This document shows positions 48,426 to 57,403 of a DNA stretch of 64,000 nt, piece by piece; positions within the stretch are counted from its first letter, which is position 1; the number at the start of each line of letters is the position of its first letter. Source of the stretch: Thermoproteota archaeon. Its GTDB lineage: Archaea > Korarchaeota > Korarchaeia > Korarchaeales > Korarchaeaceae. The stretch is taken from positions 64,001-128,000 of the forward strand of contig JALSOH010000004.1 in NCBI GenBank assembly GCA_026986575.1, in the 5' to 3' direction. Under the pieces are notes generated by a model that saw nothing but the letters and a program-made list of their open reading frames with translations, did not search any database and had not been told where the DNA came from. The position numbers and the translations under genes were made by a program.

Positions 48426-48812
48426 ATGTCGGGGAGCCTGGGGCCGGAGGAGAGAAGTAGAAAGCTTGCGGAGGCTCTGCTTAAGGGATGGAAGATGCTC
48501 CCCGAGACCTGTCCCGTCTGCGGATCTCCTCTCTTCGAAACCCCCGGTGGAGAGGTTGTCTGTGCAGTATGTGGGACTAAGGTCATCTTGGTAAGTTCGG
48601 AAGAAGAGGTGAGGATAGAGGAACAGAGGTTAGTGATGGAGAGAATAATGAGGGATCTAATAAGGCATCTGGACAGGATAATCCATGAGGCAGGTGAGGA
48701 ACTGAGTGACGACGACTTATTGAGGATAAATTCTCTACTGGAGGCGATCGAGAAGGCCAGCTCTATCTACAGGAGCTTATCTCGTCAGGAAAGGAGGCGT
48801 AAACTATCTTAG
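48426..48812 (+). CDS. UPF0148 / autoantigen p27 zinc-ribbon protein
   Basis: LLKGWKML..TCPVCGSPLF..CAVCG. Confidence 0.88.
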   Translation: MSGSLGPEERSRKLAEALLKGWKMLPETCPVCGSPLFETPGGEVVCAVCGTKVILVSSEEEVRIEEQRLVMERIMRDLIRHLDRIIHEAGEELSDDDLLRINSLLEAIEKASSIYRSLSRQERRRKLS

Positions 48813-49260
48813 ATTCCCAGCTAGACTCTTGGGCCTTTTCCATGATTTTAGAGATCAGTTCGTCGTACCCGATCCTAGATAAACCCTTCTCGAGTTTCAA
48901 TGAGACCAACGCACCTCTCTCGACCCCCCGAACATTCATCAAATAGATGTCTCTCTTGAGGTGGATGGCCCTCCCCCCACTTATGTAATAGTATCCTAAT
49001 GTCACCCTAAACCTGTGAGTCTCTCCTATGGGATCCTCAGGACCGTGGAGAATCTTTATGACATGTTTAACTGCGTTCCCACCTTGAAAGGGGGATGGTT
49101 TTCCTCCTTCTTCTAGTAGAACCACCTCGTAGGACACATAACCCTTCTTCACTTGGGGGGTAGAGCCTGACCAGAGCTCCCTCTCCTCGTGGGTCCCGTG
49201 AAGTCTCGATAGCCCTATCAGGGTCATTGACAGAACCTTCCTGCAGCTCTCTCCGCACAC
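48763..49260 (-). CDS. Hypothetical protein
   Basis: 165-aa ORF filling a gap; no family recognised. Confidence 0.55.
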   Translation of the reverse strand: MCGESCRKVLSMTLIGLSRLHGTHEERELWSGSTPQVKKGYVSYEVVLLEEGGKPSPFQGGNAVKHVIKILHGPEDPIGETHRFRVTLGYYYISGGRAIHLKRDIYLMNVRGVERGALVSLKLEKGLSRIGYDELISKIMEKAQESSWESKIVYASFPDEISSCR

Positions 49261-49344
49261 TAGGAACTCCTTACCTAATATGGGGAACCCCCGCTCTACA
49301 ACTAAGCCTCTAAGTTAAAAATGGTTCCCGGCAACCCCGGCACA

Positions 49345-50535
49345 TCAAAGTAGATCCTCGGGGCGTCGGTCTTTCAATATCTGTCTTACCCTATCCCTGT
49401 AAGGTGGCCATGTATAGACTCTCACCATCCTTGGTAGAAGGTTCCTCAGCCTACTTAAGACCGGAGAGGCCTCTAAGGGATCCAATAAAGAACCCTCCCT
49501 CCATAGGAGGGGGAGATCCGTGGATTTTATGAACTCTATACGGGGGGAGTCCACCACGAGATCGTCCTCGTTCAGGCCTGCGCGGTCCGCTATGTGAGAT
49601 TTTAGGTCGGAAACCTCTTCCTCGGAAAGGGATGCGTTGTACCACTCCTTCGCCAGTTTGAGTATGTAGCGCCTCATCAGCCTATTCATTATCTCCCTGC
49701 TTCTCCCGTCTCTCCTGAGGATATCCCACATGGTGTAGTCATCTAGTTGAAGGAAGACCTCCGGATCGTCTAAGCACCTCGCGAGATTCAATCTGTCAAT
49801 CACCGACAGCATCGCCCTCTCCAACATCAGTTGAACTGCTCTTGATGTTTTATGATAGTAGACTGTCCTGAAAGATAGTAATCGGGCCATTAGTAGGGAT
49901 TCCACTGCTTCTAAAGCTCTGGCATTGATGACGAGGTCGCCGTTAATCTCTAACGAGTTAAGTGCGATCCTATGAATGTCGACGCTATAACCAGCTCCTG
50001 TGTGATAGGAATCCCTAACGGTATAGTCCATTTTATCTGCGTCCACCGAGGAGTTTATTATTCTCGAGAGGCTCCTCCTATGATGAACTCCCTCTATCAG
50101 GTCGGTTACCTCGTTAACCCCCACACCCCATCTCCCCAAGATGTCCGATATCTCAGTACTCTTTACGAGGTGGACGCTCATCTCCTCGTGAGTCATGCCC
50201 AGAGACCTTTTCAAGATAGGCTCAAAGGAGTGAGAGAAGGGGCCGTGGCCTATGTCGTGGAGTAGGCCAGATACCCTCAGGAGAGTTACTATATCCTCAT
50301 CTCCGGATTGCTCGCTTATCCTCTTTCCCATGAGCCCTGCTAGATGCATCACACCGAGAGAATGCTCGAACCTCGTGTTCATTGCCCCAGGATAGACGTA
50401 CTCCGATCCAGGGAGCTGCTTTATCCTCCTCAGCCTCTGAAGCGGCAAAGTGTCCACTATCTCAAGCTCGAGGCGAGTCAGCTCTATATACCCGTGGATA
50501 GGGTCCTTTATTGATTTGACGTACTTCCCCATCAT
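49345..50535 (-). CDS. HD-domain phosphohydrolase (dNTP triphosphohydrolase-like)
   Basis: DPIHG, QRLRRIKQL, RFEHSLG, LHDIGHGPFSH, DADKMDY. Confidence 0.92.
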   Translation of the reverse strand: MMGKYVKSIKDPIHGYIELTRLELEIVDTLPLQRLRRIKQLPGSEYVYPGAMNTRFEHSLGVMHLAGLMGKRISEQSGDEDIVTLLRVSGLLHDIGHGPFSHSFEPILKRSLGMTHEEMSVHLVKSTEISDILGRWGVGVNEVTDLIEGVHHRRSLSRIINSSVDADKMDYTVRDSYHTGAGYSVDIHRIALNSLEINGDLVINARALEAVESLLMARLLSFRTVYYHKTSRAVQLMLERAMLSVIDRLNLARCLDDPEVFLQLDDYTMWDILRRDGRSREIMNRLMRRYILKLAKEWYNASLSEEEVSDLKSHIADRAGLNEDDLVVDSPRIEFIKSTDLPLLWREGSLLDPLEASPVLSRLRNLLPRMVRVYTWPPYRDRVRQILKDRRPEDLL

Positions 50536-50957
50536 CGGTGTTCCTCCAAGAGCCTCTCGTACTCTTCGGGTGAGAGGAGGTTCTTTATCTCCTTCTCAAC
50601 CTCCGGCCCCATCTTTATAACGAGAATCCAACCCTCTCCGTAGGGATCCTCGGTTATTGTCTCCAAACCCATCGGAATTTCATCGCTTCCCTCCTCTACC
50701 ACGCCGACCTCTCTGTTCAACTCGGAGATCTCGCCAGATAGTGGGGCATATATCTTCTCGGTGGTTTTACTGCTCTCCACCAATCCTACGGGCTCCCCTT
50801 GGCTGACCTTAGTTCCCACTGGTTTGACCTCGAGGTATGTAATATCGCCCAATTCCTCCACGGCATAGGAGGTCAGGCCCATTATAGCGGTGTCACCCTC
50901 CAGCTTAACCCACTCGTGGGTCTTGGTATAGTACCTGTCCCCAGGAACCTCGTGCAT
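50532..50957 (-). CDS. gcvH: Glycine cleavage system H protein
   Basis: THEW, LGDI, lipoyl site VESSK, DPYGEGW. Confidence 0.93.
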   Translation of the reverse strand: MHEVPGDRYYTKTHEWVKLEGDTAIMGLTSYAVEELGDITYLEVKPVGTKVSQGEPVGLVESSKTTEKIYAPLSGEISELNREVGVVEEGSDEIPMGLETITEDPYGEGWILVIKMGPEVEKEIKNLLSPEEYERLLEEHR

Positions 50958-51007
50958 ACGATCACCTAGTAGGATGACTCCTATTCCTTTTAATCCTTAG
51001 ATGATTA

Positions 51008-51919
51008 TCACGGGGATTCTAGGCCAAATTCGGTTATTTTGAAGGCTGCTTGACCTGGAGGCAGGTAAGAGGAGTCCTCCAAGGATACTATCACCAAGTT
51101 CTTCCTAGCCTTCCTGAAGTACAAGGTGTTGTGGGGGGTATGGCCAAGAACGAAACCGCCCTTCGAGGTGATCTCCTTACCCCATCTGACAGCGTGGACC
51201 GTGATCAGGACCACCGCGTCTAGTTCTGCGATCCTTCTAACGAGCATCAGCACCTCTTGGAGCTCTTCCTGCCTCTCTCTCAGGCCATCTAGCCCTTTAT
51301 ATCCCCTGAAAGGATAGGATATCGAATCCACGCAGACGAACCTGCTGGTACCCTCTTTGACGAAGTCAGAGGAAAGTTTGAGGGCTACCTTCAGTTGGGA
51401 TACACCCGGGGCCGAGAATACCCTCACCCTAGATAGATCCCTGTCCGCGAGGCCGTTACTGTACAGGAATGTTTTCATTCTCCCCGGAACAAAAGTCCCC
51501 TCTGTATCCAAGAATACGGCCTCCTCAGAGGCTACACCCCCTTCATGCTCATTCAGTAGAGATCTAGCTGTCATATGGAGACAGAACTGCGTTTTACCCG
51601 AGGCTGGAGGTCCGAATATGGCATTTATTGTTCCTATTTGGAACCCCCCGGCCAGTAGGTCATCTAACCTTTTGATTCCAGTACTCAGGATGAGCTTCTC
51701 TTCCCTTAGGAGTTCATCGGCAGGTATGGGTTTGAGTAGAATTGAGGCAACTGTGTCCAATATCTCTCTAGCAACTTTCCTGTCGATAGCCAGCTCATCC
51801 GCAAGCTGCTTTTCGGAGATGATGAGCAGGTCTCTAACAGATATACCCCTTTCGATGAGCTTCTTCAGGTACTCATCAGGGATCCTCCCCCTGAGGAATG
51901 AGAGGTCTTCGGATCTCAA
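51008..51919 (-). CDS. RadA/Rad51 paralog with N-terminal HhH domain
   Basis: STG...LD.LL.GG, GPPASGKT, DTEGTF, VDS, DSSYLP; divergent L1/L2 loops. Confidence 0.85.
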   Translation of the reverse strand: MRSEDLSFLRGRIPDEYLKKLIERGISVRDLLIISEKQLADELAIDRKVAREILDTVASILLKPIPADELLREEKLILSTGIKRLDDLLAGGFQIGTINAIFGPPASGKTQFCLHMTARSLLNEHEGGVASEEAVFLDTEGTFVPGRMKTFLYSNGLADRDLSRVRVFSAPGVSQLKVALKLSSDFVKEGTSRFVCVDSISYPFRGYKGLDGLRERQEELQEVLMLVRRIAELDAVVLITVHAVRWGKEITSKGGFVLGHTPHNTLYFRKARKNLVIVSLEDSSYLPPGQAAFKITEFGLESP

Positions 51920-52401
51920 TGATCGACCCCCTTCAATCCTAGCCTGTGCGCTATCACATTAGTGCCCTTATGGAGCGCGGGAGTCACTACCAAGAGGAAT
52001 AGAATGGACCACATGTCTAGAGGTTCAACTGGATAAGAGAAAAGAATGGAAATTATTAGGAATCCCTCTTGATCGAGAAAGGGGGCAGAGCCACCGGCCT
52101 CTATTCCGATTCTCCTTTTTACGAACGAGCCTAGAGAATCCCCAAGCATTGCACCTAGGGAGAGGAGGAAGCCCGTTAGGGATCTTCCCTGTAGGCACCC
52201 CACTAACGTGCCAATCAGTATTCCGGAGGCGAAACCCTTGATGGTCTTGTGGTCTCCAAGTATCCTCCTTCCGTCTAGGAACTTCTTCCCCATGTCTAGG
52301 GGTCTTCCCCCTCCGAAAATGACCGGTGACATGTTAGCCATATATGAGGGTAGAATATACCAGAGGGATTTCAGGATCAGGAGCGTCAAATCTAGCATCA
52401 T
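51916..52401 (-). CDS. carS: CDP-archaeol synthase
   Basis: P.YMANM.PV, DG.RILG.HKT, GD..GSF.KRR, FLDQ. Confidence 0.92.
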   Translation of the reverse strand: MMLDLTLLILKSLWYILPSYMANMSPVIFGGGRPLDMGKKFLDGRRILGDHKTIKGFASGILIGTLVGCLQGRSLTGFLLSLGAMLGDSLGSFVKRRIGIEAGGSAPFLDQEGFLIISILFSYPVEPLDMWSILFLLVVTPALHKGTNVIAHRLGLKGVDH

Positions 52402-52404
52402 TTA

Positions 52405-52845
52405 TCACCTAACGAAGGTCACCTTATCGAAAATCCTCATGAACTGGGCGTCTAACTGAGTAAACGATGTGTAGGCCCTCACGCGGAAGGGGATTTGTCT
52501 CTCGAGGAACCTTAGTAGATTCATGGCTATCAAAAATTTCCTTCTAGCGCTACCGAACTCATTAGAGATGCTCAAAGACACAGCGTAAGGTCCGTATACC
52601 TCGTCAATGAATCCATCATATCTCCCAAGCAGGTGAGCAAGCATTAGGAGTGGATCTATTCCCCCCGATAGGGTAGCATCTATTAGCAGGAGGTTTCTCT
52701 CCCGTCCGAAGACCTCTCCGAGCATTCGGAGTGTGTACCCCTCGAAGGATACCAAGGCTACTTTAGAACCCACCCTTAGAGATTCCTCAATATCTCTCCT
52801 TAAGAGGCTTCCCTTCAAGTGAGATGGTGCTGCTATTAACTCCAT
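52405..52845 (-). CDS. Hypothetical protein, possibly a degenerate RecA-fold paralog
   Basis: ELIAAPSHLK..KVALVSFEG..FIDEV pattern; start uncertain. Confidence 0.5.
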   Translation of the reverse strand: MELIAAPSHLKGSLLRRDIEESLRVGSKVALVSFEGYTLRMLGEVFGRERNLLLIDATLSGGIDPLLMLAHLLGRYDGFIDEVYGPYAVSLSISNEFGSARRKFLIAMNLLRFLERQIPFRVRAYTSFTQLDAQFMRIFDKVTFVR

Positions 52846-54541
52846 CGGGGGGCACCCTTGCATCCTCAGGTAAGTATCCGTTCGAGCTAAAGAACTCATC
52901 GGCTAACTGAGGTACATCTTCAAGGGATGCAACCTTGGTCATCGCCCTCAGCCACCTAGGGAACAGGTTCAGGCACAGCTTGAACCTACCATCCGCGAAC
53001 ACCACAAATCCTAAATCGTCGGACGACCTTACAGGTCTAGCTGCCGCTTGCGCCGCGGATCTACACGCTATTAGAAGCTCGGGATTGTCGAGTCTCGAAT
53101 ATCTTCTCCATAGAGAGAGTGTGAGGGACCTGACGATACCGGGTTTCATGAACTGCATCCCCACAATCACGGATGTGGACATGTATGGCCCTGGAAAATC
53201 CTCACCCTCGCTGTTCCTGCCTCCCTGAACCCCTAGAAGTATTGCCCCCTCTCTCCAAGACCTCTTGTATCTCTCGATGAGATACGCCCTCTCTGTCTCC
53301 CTCATTCCCTTTCTCTCAACGAAGATAGGTCTCTCAACGAGCTCCTCTAGGCCAGCGTCAAGCAGTCCCTGTAAGATGTCATACGAGGAAGCGAACACTC
53401 CTATGTTCCCGAATACTCTGTGAGACAAGTCCGCTAGAGCAGTAGCTAGCCTGTAATACTCATACCTGCTTCTCTCCTCGAATCTCGTGGTGAAGTCCCT
53501 CGTTATGTACGCCTCTAGACGGCCCCATCTAGACAAGGACACCCTTCTGTAGTTAGAATCCACTAAGAATTCTCCCCTAGATCCCCTTCCACCCCATGTC
53601 CCCGATATTAGAACGACCGATTTATACTTGCTGAATATCTCCTCTAGGGTGCCCTTGGGTCTCCTGAGTAGGATGAGTCCCTCGTCGGATAGAAAGACCT
53701 TTTCTGCTTCTAGAACCTCGTCTCTCATCCATATTAGGGTCTCTCTAATCTCTTTGGGGAAGGTTCCATCACAGGCCAAGGAGTAAGCCAGATACTTCTT
53801 GGGAAGAGCGATGTAGCTCAGCCTCGATCTCTTGAAGTAGGACAGTAAATCCCTTATCCTCCAGCAGTAGTATGATATCGGGCTGAGTAGGTCCCGCTCT
53901 ATTGTGATAAAGTGGTTAGACAGCCACGCTTTTTTCAGGTTGTGACCCTCGTCTATTAGGATAGATCTTCTACCTCCGAGAGTCTCCTCCACGAACTTCA
54001 GTAAACCTTCATCCATGAGATACGCATAAGATGCGACTACCACATCGTAGTTCCCCTTAGCTATGGTCCTGAGGGATCCGTAATAGGGACATCCTTTTCC
54101 GCCCAAACCTAAGGGATCGAAACATCTCCCCGTATTTCTCTGGCTGTTTCTTGCGAAATAGGGGCACTTTCCTTCCTCTCTAAGCTCATCGCACCTCTTA
54201 TTGAAGAGGTGATAGTTTGCGATGCGGTTGGCCCTCCAGTTCAAACACAGCTCCCTCTTACCCCTCAGGGCAGCTACCTTGACCATGCTGAACCTTCTAC
54301 ATTCATCCAACACGCGATCTATCTGGCTGTGGGTCCTGACGAGATACAAGAAAGTAGCTCCAATCCTTTGTGAGAGATATTCCATAGCAGTAAGGACGGT
54401 GGCTGTCTTACCTATTCCATTCGGGGCTTCTATGAGTGTCAGACCCCTTCCACTCAATGAACGACACAGGTAAGCCAAGAGCTCCCTCTGTCCTTGCCTG
54501 AACTCATCAAAGGGAAAATGACTTTCAATTCCCTCACACAC
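52787..54541 (-). CDS. xpd: XPD/Rad3/DinG-family Fe-S DNA helicase (divergent)
   Basis: FPF..FR.GQ, EAPNGIGKT, RTHSQ, four Fe-S Cys, IDEGHN, SEGEDFPG. Confidence 0.88.
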   Translation of the reverse strand: MCEGIESHFPFDEFRQGQRELLAYLCRSLSGRGLTLIEAPNGIGKTATVLTAMEYLSQRIGATFLYLVRTHSQIDRVLDECRRFSMVKVAALRGKRELCLNWRANRIANYHLFNKRCDELREEGKCPYFARNSQRNTGRCFDPLGLGGKGCPYYGSLRTIAKGNYDVVVASYAYLMDEGLLKFVEETLGGRRSILIDEGHNLKKAWLSNHFITIERDLLSPISYYCWRIRDLLSYFKRSRLSYIALPKKYLAYSLACDGTFPKEIRETLIWMRDEVLEAEKVFLSDEGLILLRRPKGTLEEIFSKYKSVVLISGTWGGRGSRGEFLVDSNYRRVSLSRWGRLEAYITRDFTTRFEERSRYEYYRLATALADLSHRVFGNIGVFASSYDILQGLLDAGLEELVERPIFVERKGMRETERAYLIERYKRSWREGAILLGVQGGRNSEGEDFPGPYMSTSVIVGMQFMKPGIVRSLTLSLWRRYSRLDNPELLIACRSAAQAAARPVRSSDDLGFVVFADGRFKLCLNLFPRWLRAMTKVASLEDVPQLADEFFSSNGYLPEDARVPPDGVNSSTISLEGKPLKERY

Positions 54542-54554
54542 CTTAAGATTGTGG

Positions 54555-55679
54555 GTGAGCGATATATACGAGAAAAGGCGCAAAATTGGGTTAATAGTAA
54601 ACCCCATAGCCGGGCTCGGCGGTCCTCTCGGCAGGAAGGGCACGGATGATCATGAGACTGTTGCTGAGGCACTGAGAAGGGGGCTCAAGAAGACCTCCTT
54701 GGAGAGGGCTGCTAGGGCTTTGAAGTTCCTCAGGGATATCGACGTGATCGTATACGCTCCAAGAGGAGAGATGGGTGGGATTTCAGTTATTTCTGCTGGT
54801 TTAGGATCTGATTTCATCCCTCTAGAGTATACGCCCTCTAGTCCCAGCACGAGGGAGGATACACTGAGGGCAGCTGAGGAGATCATTAGGAAGGGCGTTG
54901 ACCTTCTCTTGTTCTCAGGTGGAGACGGGACGGCAGCCGATGTGTTGAGAGTTGTGAATTGCAAGCTGGTGGTCTTGGGTATACCTTCAGGTGTCAAGGT
55001 GTTCTCGTCTGTGTTCGCAAAGACCCCAGAAGATGCTGGGAGAGTAGCGAGGGATTACTTAGAGGGAAAATTGGATGAGACAGTAGGAGAGGTCGTTGAT
55101 ATACCGGAGGAAGACTACAGGAGTGGCTCCTTCTCCCCCAAGGTTATCGGTACGTTGAGGATACCTCGCTCCCATTTGGTGCAGGGTAGCAAGAGCTTGG
55201 AGGCTCCAGATGAGATAGTGCTCGAGGGGATCTATAGGTACATCAGCAATAGATTGAAAGCGAGGGATTTGATCGTTCTAGGTCCGGGTAGAACTGTGAG
55301 CTTCATAGCCGCCAAGATGGGCTACAGGAAGAACCCTTCAACTGTGGATGTGATCATGGGATGGAAGTACTTGAAGGATGTGAATTACTTCGAGATGGAG
55401 TCCATCCTCGGGGGATCTCTGATCAGGCCATTAGTTGTTCTGACCCCAATAGGGGGGACCTCGTTCCTCCTTGGGAGGGGGAATCACCAGCTCGTACCCG
55501 CTATAAGGAGAGCCAATTGGAGAGAGGATGTCCTAGTAGTTTCAACTCCCTCCAAGATCAGGGGCATAGAGGAGCTGCTGGTGGATGTGGACGAGCCCCT
55601 CGAGAACGTCCCTGAATATACCAGGGTGATAATAGGTTACAGGGAGGAGAAAATAGTTAGAGTGAGGCTGACTCAGTAG
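54555..55679 (+). CDS. ATP-NAD kinase family protein
   Basis: NPIAGLGG..KGTD, GGDGT, GIPSGVK, LLGRGNHQL. Confidence 0.85.
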   Translation: MSDIYEKRRKIGLIVNPIAGLGGPLGRKGTDDHETVAEALRRGLKKTSLERAARALKFLRDIDVIVYAPRGEMGGISVISAGLGSDFIPLEYTPSSPSTREDTLRAAEEIIRKGVDLLLFSGGDGTAADVLRVVNCKLVVLGIPSGVKVFSSVFAKTPEDAGRVARDYLEGKLDETVGEVVDIPEEDYRSGSFSPKVIGTLRIPRSHLVQGSKSLEAPDEIVLEGIYRYISNRLKARDLIVLGPGRTVSFIAAKMGYRKNPSTVDVIMGWKYLKDVNYFEMESILGGSLIRPLVVLTPIGGTSFLLGRGNHQLVPAIRRANWREDVLVVSTPSKIRGIEELLVDVDEPLENVPEYTRVIIGYREEKIVRVRLTQ

Positions 55680-56899
55680 AGCACGTAGGCTCTGCCTAAG
55701 GCGTCCTCTATCACGCTCACGGGATCGTACTGTCCGTCCACCGCCGTTATACCCGTGCTGATAACGGGCTGTATTGTTCCTATCTTCTCCGGTCCGAGGA
55801 CATCAGGGGATTTTATACCCGTCAGCAGGAGTATCACCCTCACGCTGTCCCCAAGCTGCTCGTCCATGTCAGCTCCTATCTTAATTATAGCGTCGCTAGA
55901 CATCCTAGATGCCACTATCTCGGTTATCTGGTGAACTTCCGTGAGTTTGAGGTTCTTCCCCCCGTATACTACTACCAAGGCCCCCTTGGCTCCATCCGGG
56001 GAGATCTCTATCAGCTGGTTCCTGAGGGCCATCTTGACCGCCTCCTCTGCCCTCCTCTTCGGATCACTGGATTCTCCTATTCCCACAGCCGCCACTCCTC
56101 CAGCAGACATGAGCGTCCTTATGTCGTTGAGATCCACATTCACCATGGTCCTCTTCCTGATGATCTCGGCTATTCCCTTCACCATTATAGCTAGGGTGTA
56201 GTCAGCCATCACGAAGGCTTTATCTATCGGGAGTTCGCCAGCAAGATGTAGGAGCTTGTCATTGGATATGAGTACGACTGTATCGGCCCATTTTCTAAGC
56301 TGTCTTATTCCCTCCTGAGCTATCTTGTATTTATGCCTCCCTTCAGTTTTGAAGGGGAGCGTCACGAAGCCTATTACCTTAGCCCCCTTGTCTTTAGCTA
56401 TCTTCGCGACTATAGGGGCGGCACCCGTCCCGGTTCCACCCCCCATACCCGCCGCTATGAAGACCAGATCCGGTCTGCTTCCTAAGGCATCCGAGATCTT
56501 GTGAGAATCTTGCTCTGCGCAGGCTCTCGCTACCTCCGGTCTTCCGCCTGCACCCAGACCGTTGGTTATGTTTTCTCCTATGAGTATCTTATGGGGAACC
56601 TCTACGCCATCCAGATGTACCTTGTCCGTGTTTATGGCGACGAGCCTAACTCCCTCGACACCCAGCTTATTCAGGTTGTGAACGGTATTGGAACCGCATC
56701 CTCCCACCCCGACTATGACTATGTTACCAGCGGAGTAGTCCTCGCTCTTCACCGGAGTGTCTAAGGAGTCGATAGCCCTCGCGGCGTCCATCATCGGCAT
56801 GCCGGATCCATCGTCGGCTGGACCATTGAAGATCCTCCTGAAGAGATCCACCATCTCCCTTCCTTGGGGAGATCCAGCCTCCTGCATCCCCTCGAACAT
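55673..56899 (-). CDS. ftsZ: Cell division protein FtsZ (FtsZ2-type context)
   Basis: [26 protein letters not shown]. Confidence 0.96.
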   Translation of the reverse strand: MFEGMQEAGSPQGREMVDLFRRIFNGPADDGSGMPMMDAARAIDSLDTPVKSEDYSAGNIVIVGVGGCGSNTVHNLNKLGVEGVRLVAINTDKVHLDGVEVPHKILIGENITNGLGAGGRPEVARACAEQDSHKISDALGSRPDLVFIAAGMGGGTGTGAAPIVAKIAKDKGAKVIGFVTLPFKTEGRHKYKIAQEGIRQLRKWADTVVLISNDKLLHLAGELPIDKAFVMADYTLAIMVKGIAEIIRKRTMVNVDLNDIRTLMSAGGVAAVGIGESSDPKRRAEEAVKMALRNQLIEISPDGAKGALVVVYGGKNLKLTEVHQITEIVASRMSSDAIIKIGADMDEQLGDSVRVILLLTGIKSPDVLGPEKIGTIQPVISTGITAVDGQYDPVSVIEDALGRAYVLY

Positions 56900-57060
56900 C
56901 AGTAAGCTACACCTCCAGCGTTCCTTCTCTTATATTCCCTTATGAGGAGTCTTATAGCCTCCCTTATGGCCTCACTCTTGCTCGTGAAACCGACCTCCTG
57001 GACTAGTTTCTCCAGTTCCCTCATAAGGGAGTGAGGTATATGGAACGATACCACTACCAT
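56899..57060 (-). CDS. cdrS: Ribbon-helix-helix regulator CdrS
   Basis: Not in ORF track; 53 aa MVVVSFHIPHSLMRELEKLVQEVGFTSKSEAIREAIRLLI; stop overlaps the ftsZ start. Confidence 0.85.
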   Translation of the reverse strand: MVVVSFHIPHSLMRELEKLVQEVGFTSKSEAIREAIRLLIREYKRRNAGGVAY

Positions 57061-57173
57061 TATACCACCGAGATCAATGGAATATACGTGACCTTAAGGT
57101 ATGGTTGAGATAATTGGGTAGGATGTCGTAGTGTTATTGTTAATATTTCCTTTATGAGTCCTTTATATAATAG

Positions 57174-57193
57174 TGTCACTTTTCGTAGTGACA
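57174..57193. promoter_or_regulatory. Perfect inverted repeat TGTCACT-N6-AGTGACA next to a TTATATAA box (candidate operator)
   Basis: Read directly; lies in the AT-rich divergent region between cdrS-ftsZ and gcvP. Confidence 0.45.
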
Positions 57194-57403
57194 AATCAAT
57201 GTTTTCCGGAAGTAAGGGCCGCGAGCAGGTAATGTAGCGTAAGTTGAGGGAAAATAGCTCGTTGCATCCTAAAATTGACTTTCTACTTCGATTTATCTAG
57301 GGGTGTGACCGACAAGATGTGGTATGATCACTATCATTTCCACTCCGTGCTTATGACATGGAAGTGCCATAGTGTTAAGATAATCTGGGCAGTGTAATAT
57401 CTG

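Noticed and set aside
54542-54643. Apparent 5' overlap of XPD with the NAD kinase gene
   Set aside because: Artefact of choosing the most upstream start; the helicase Q-motif begins after 54541
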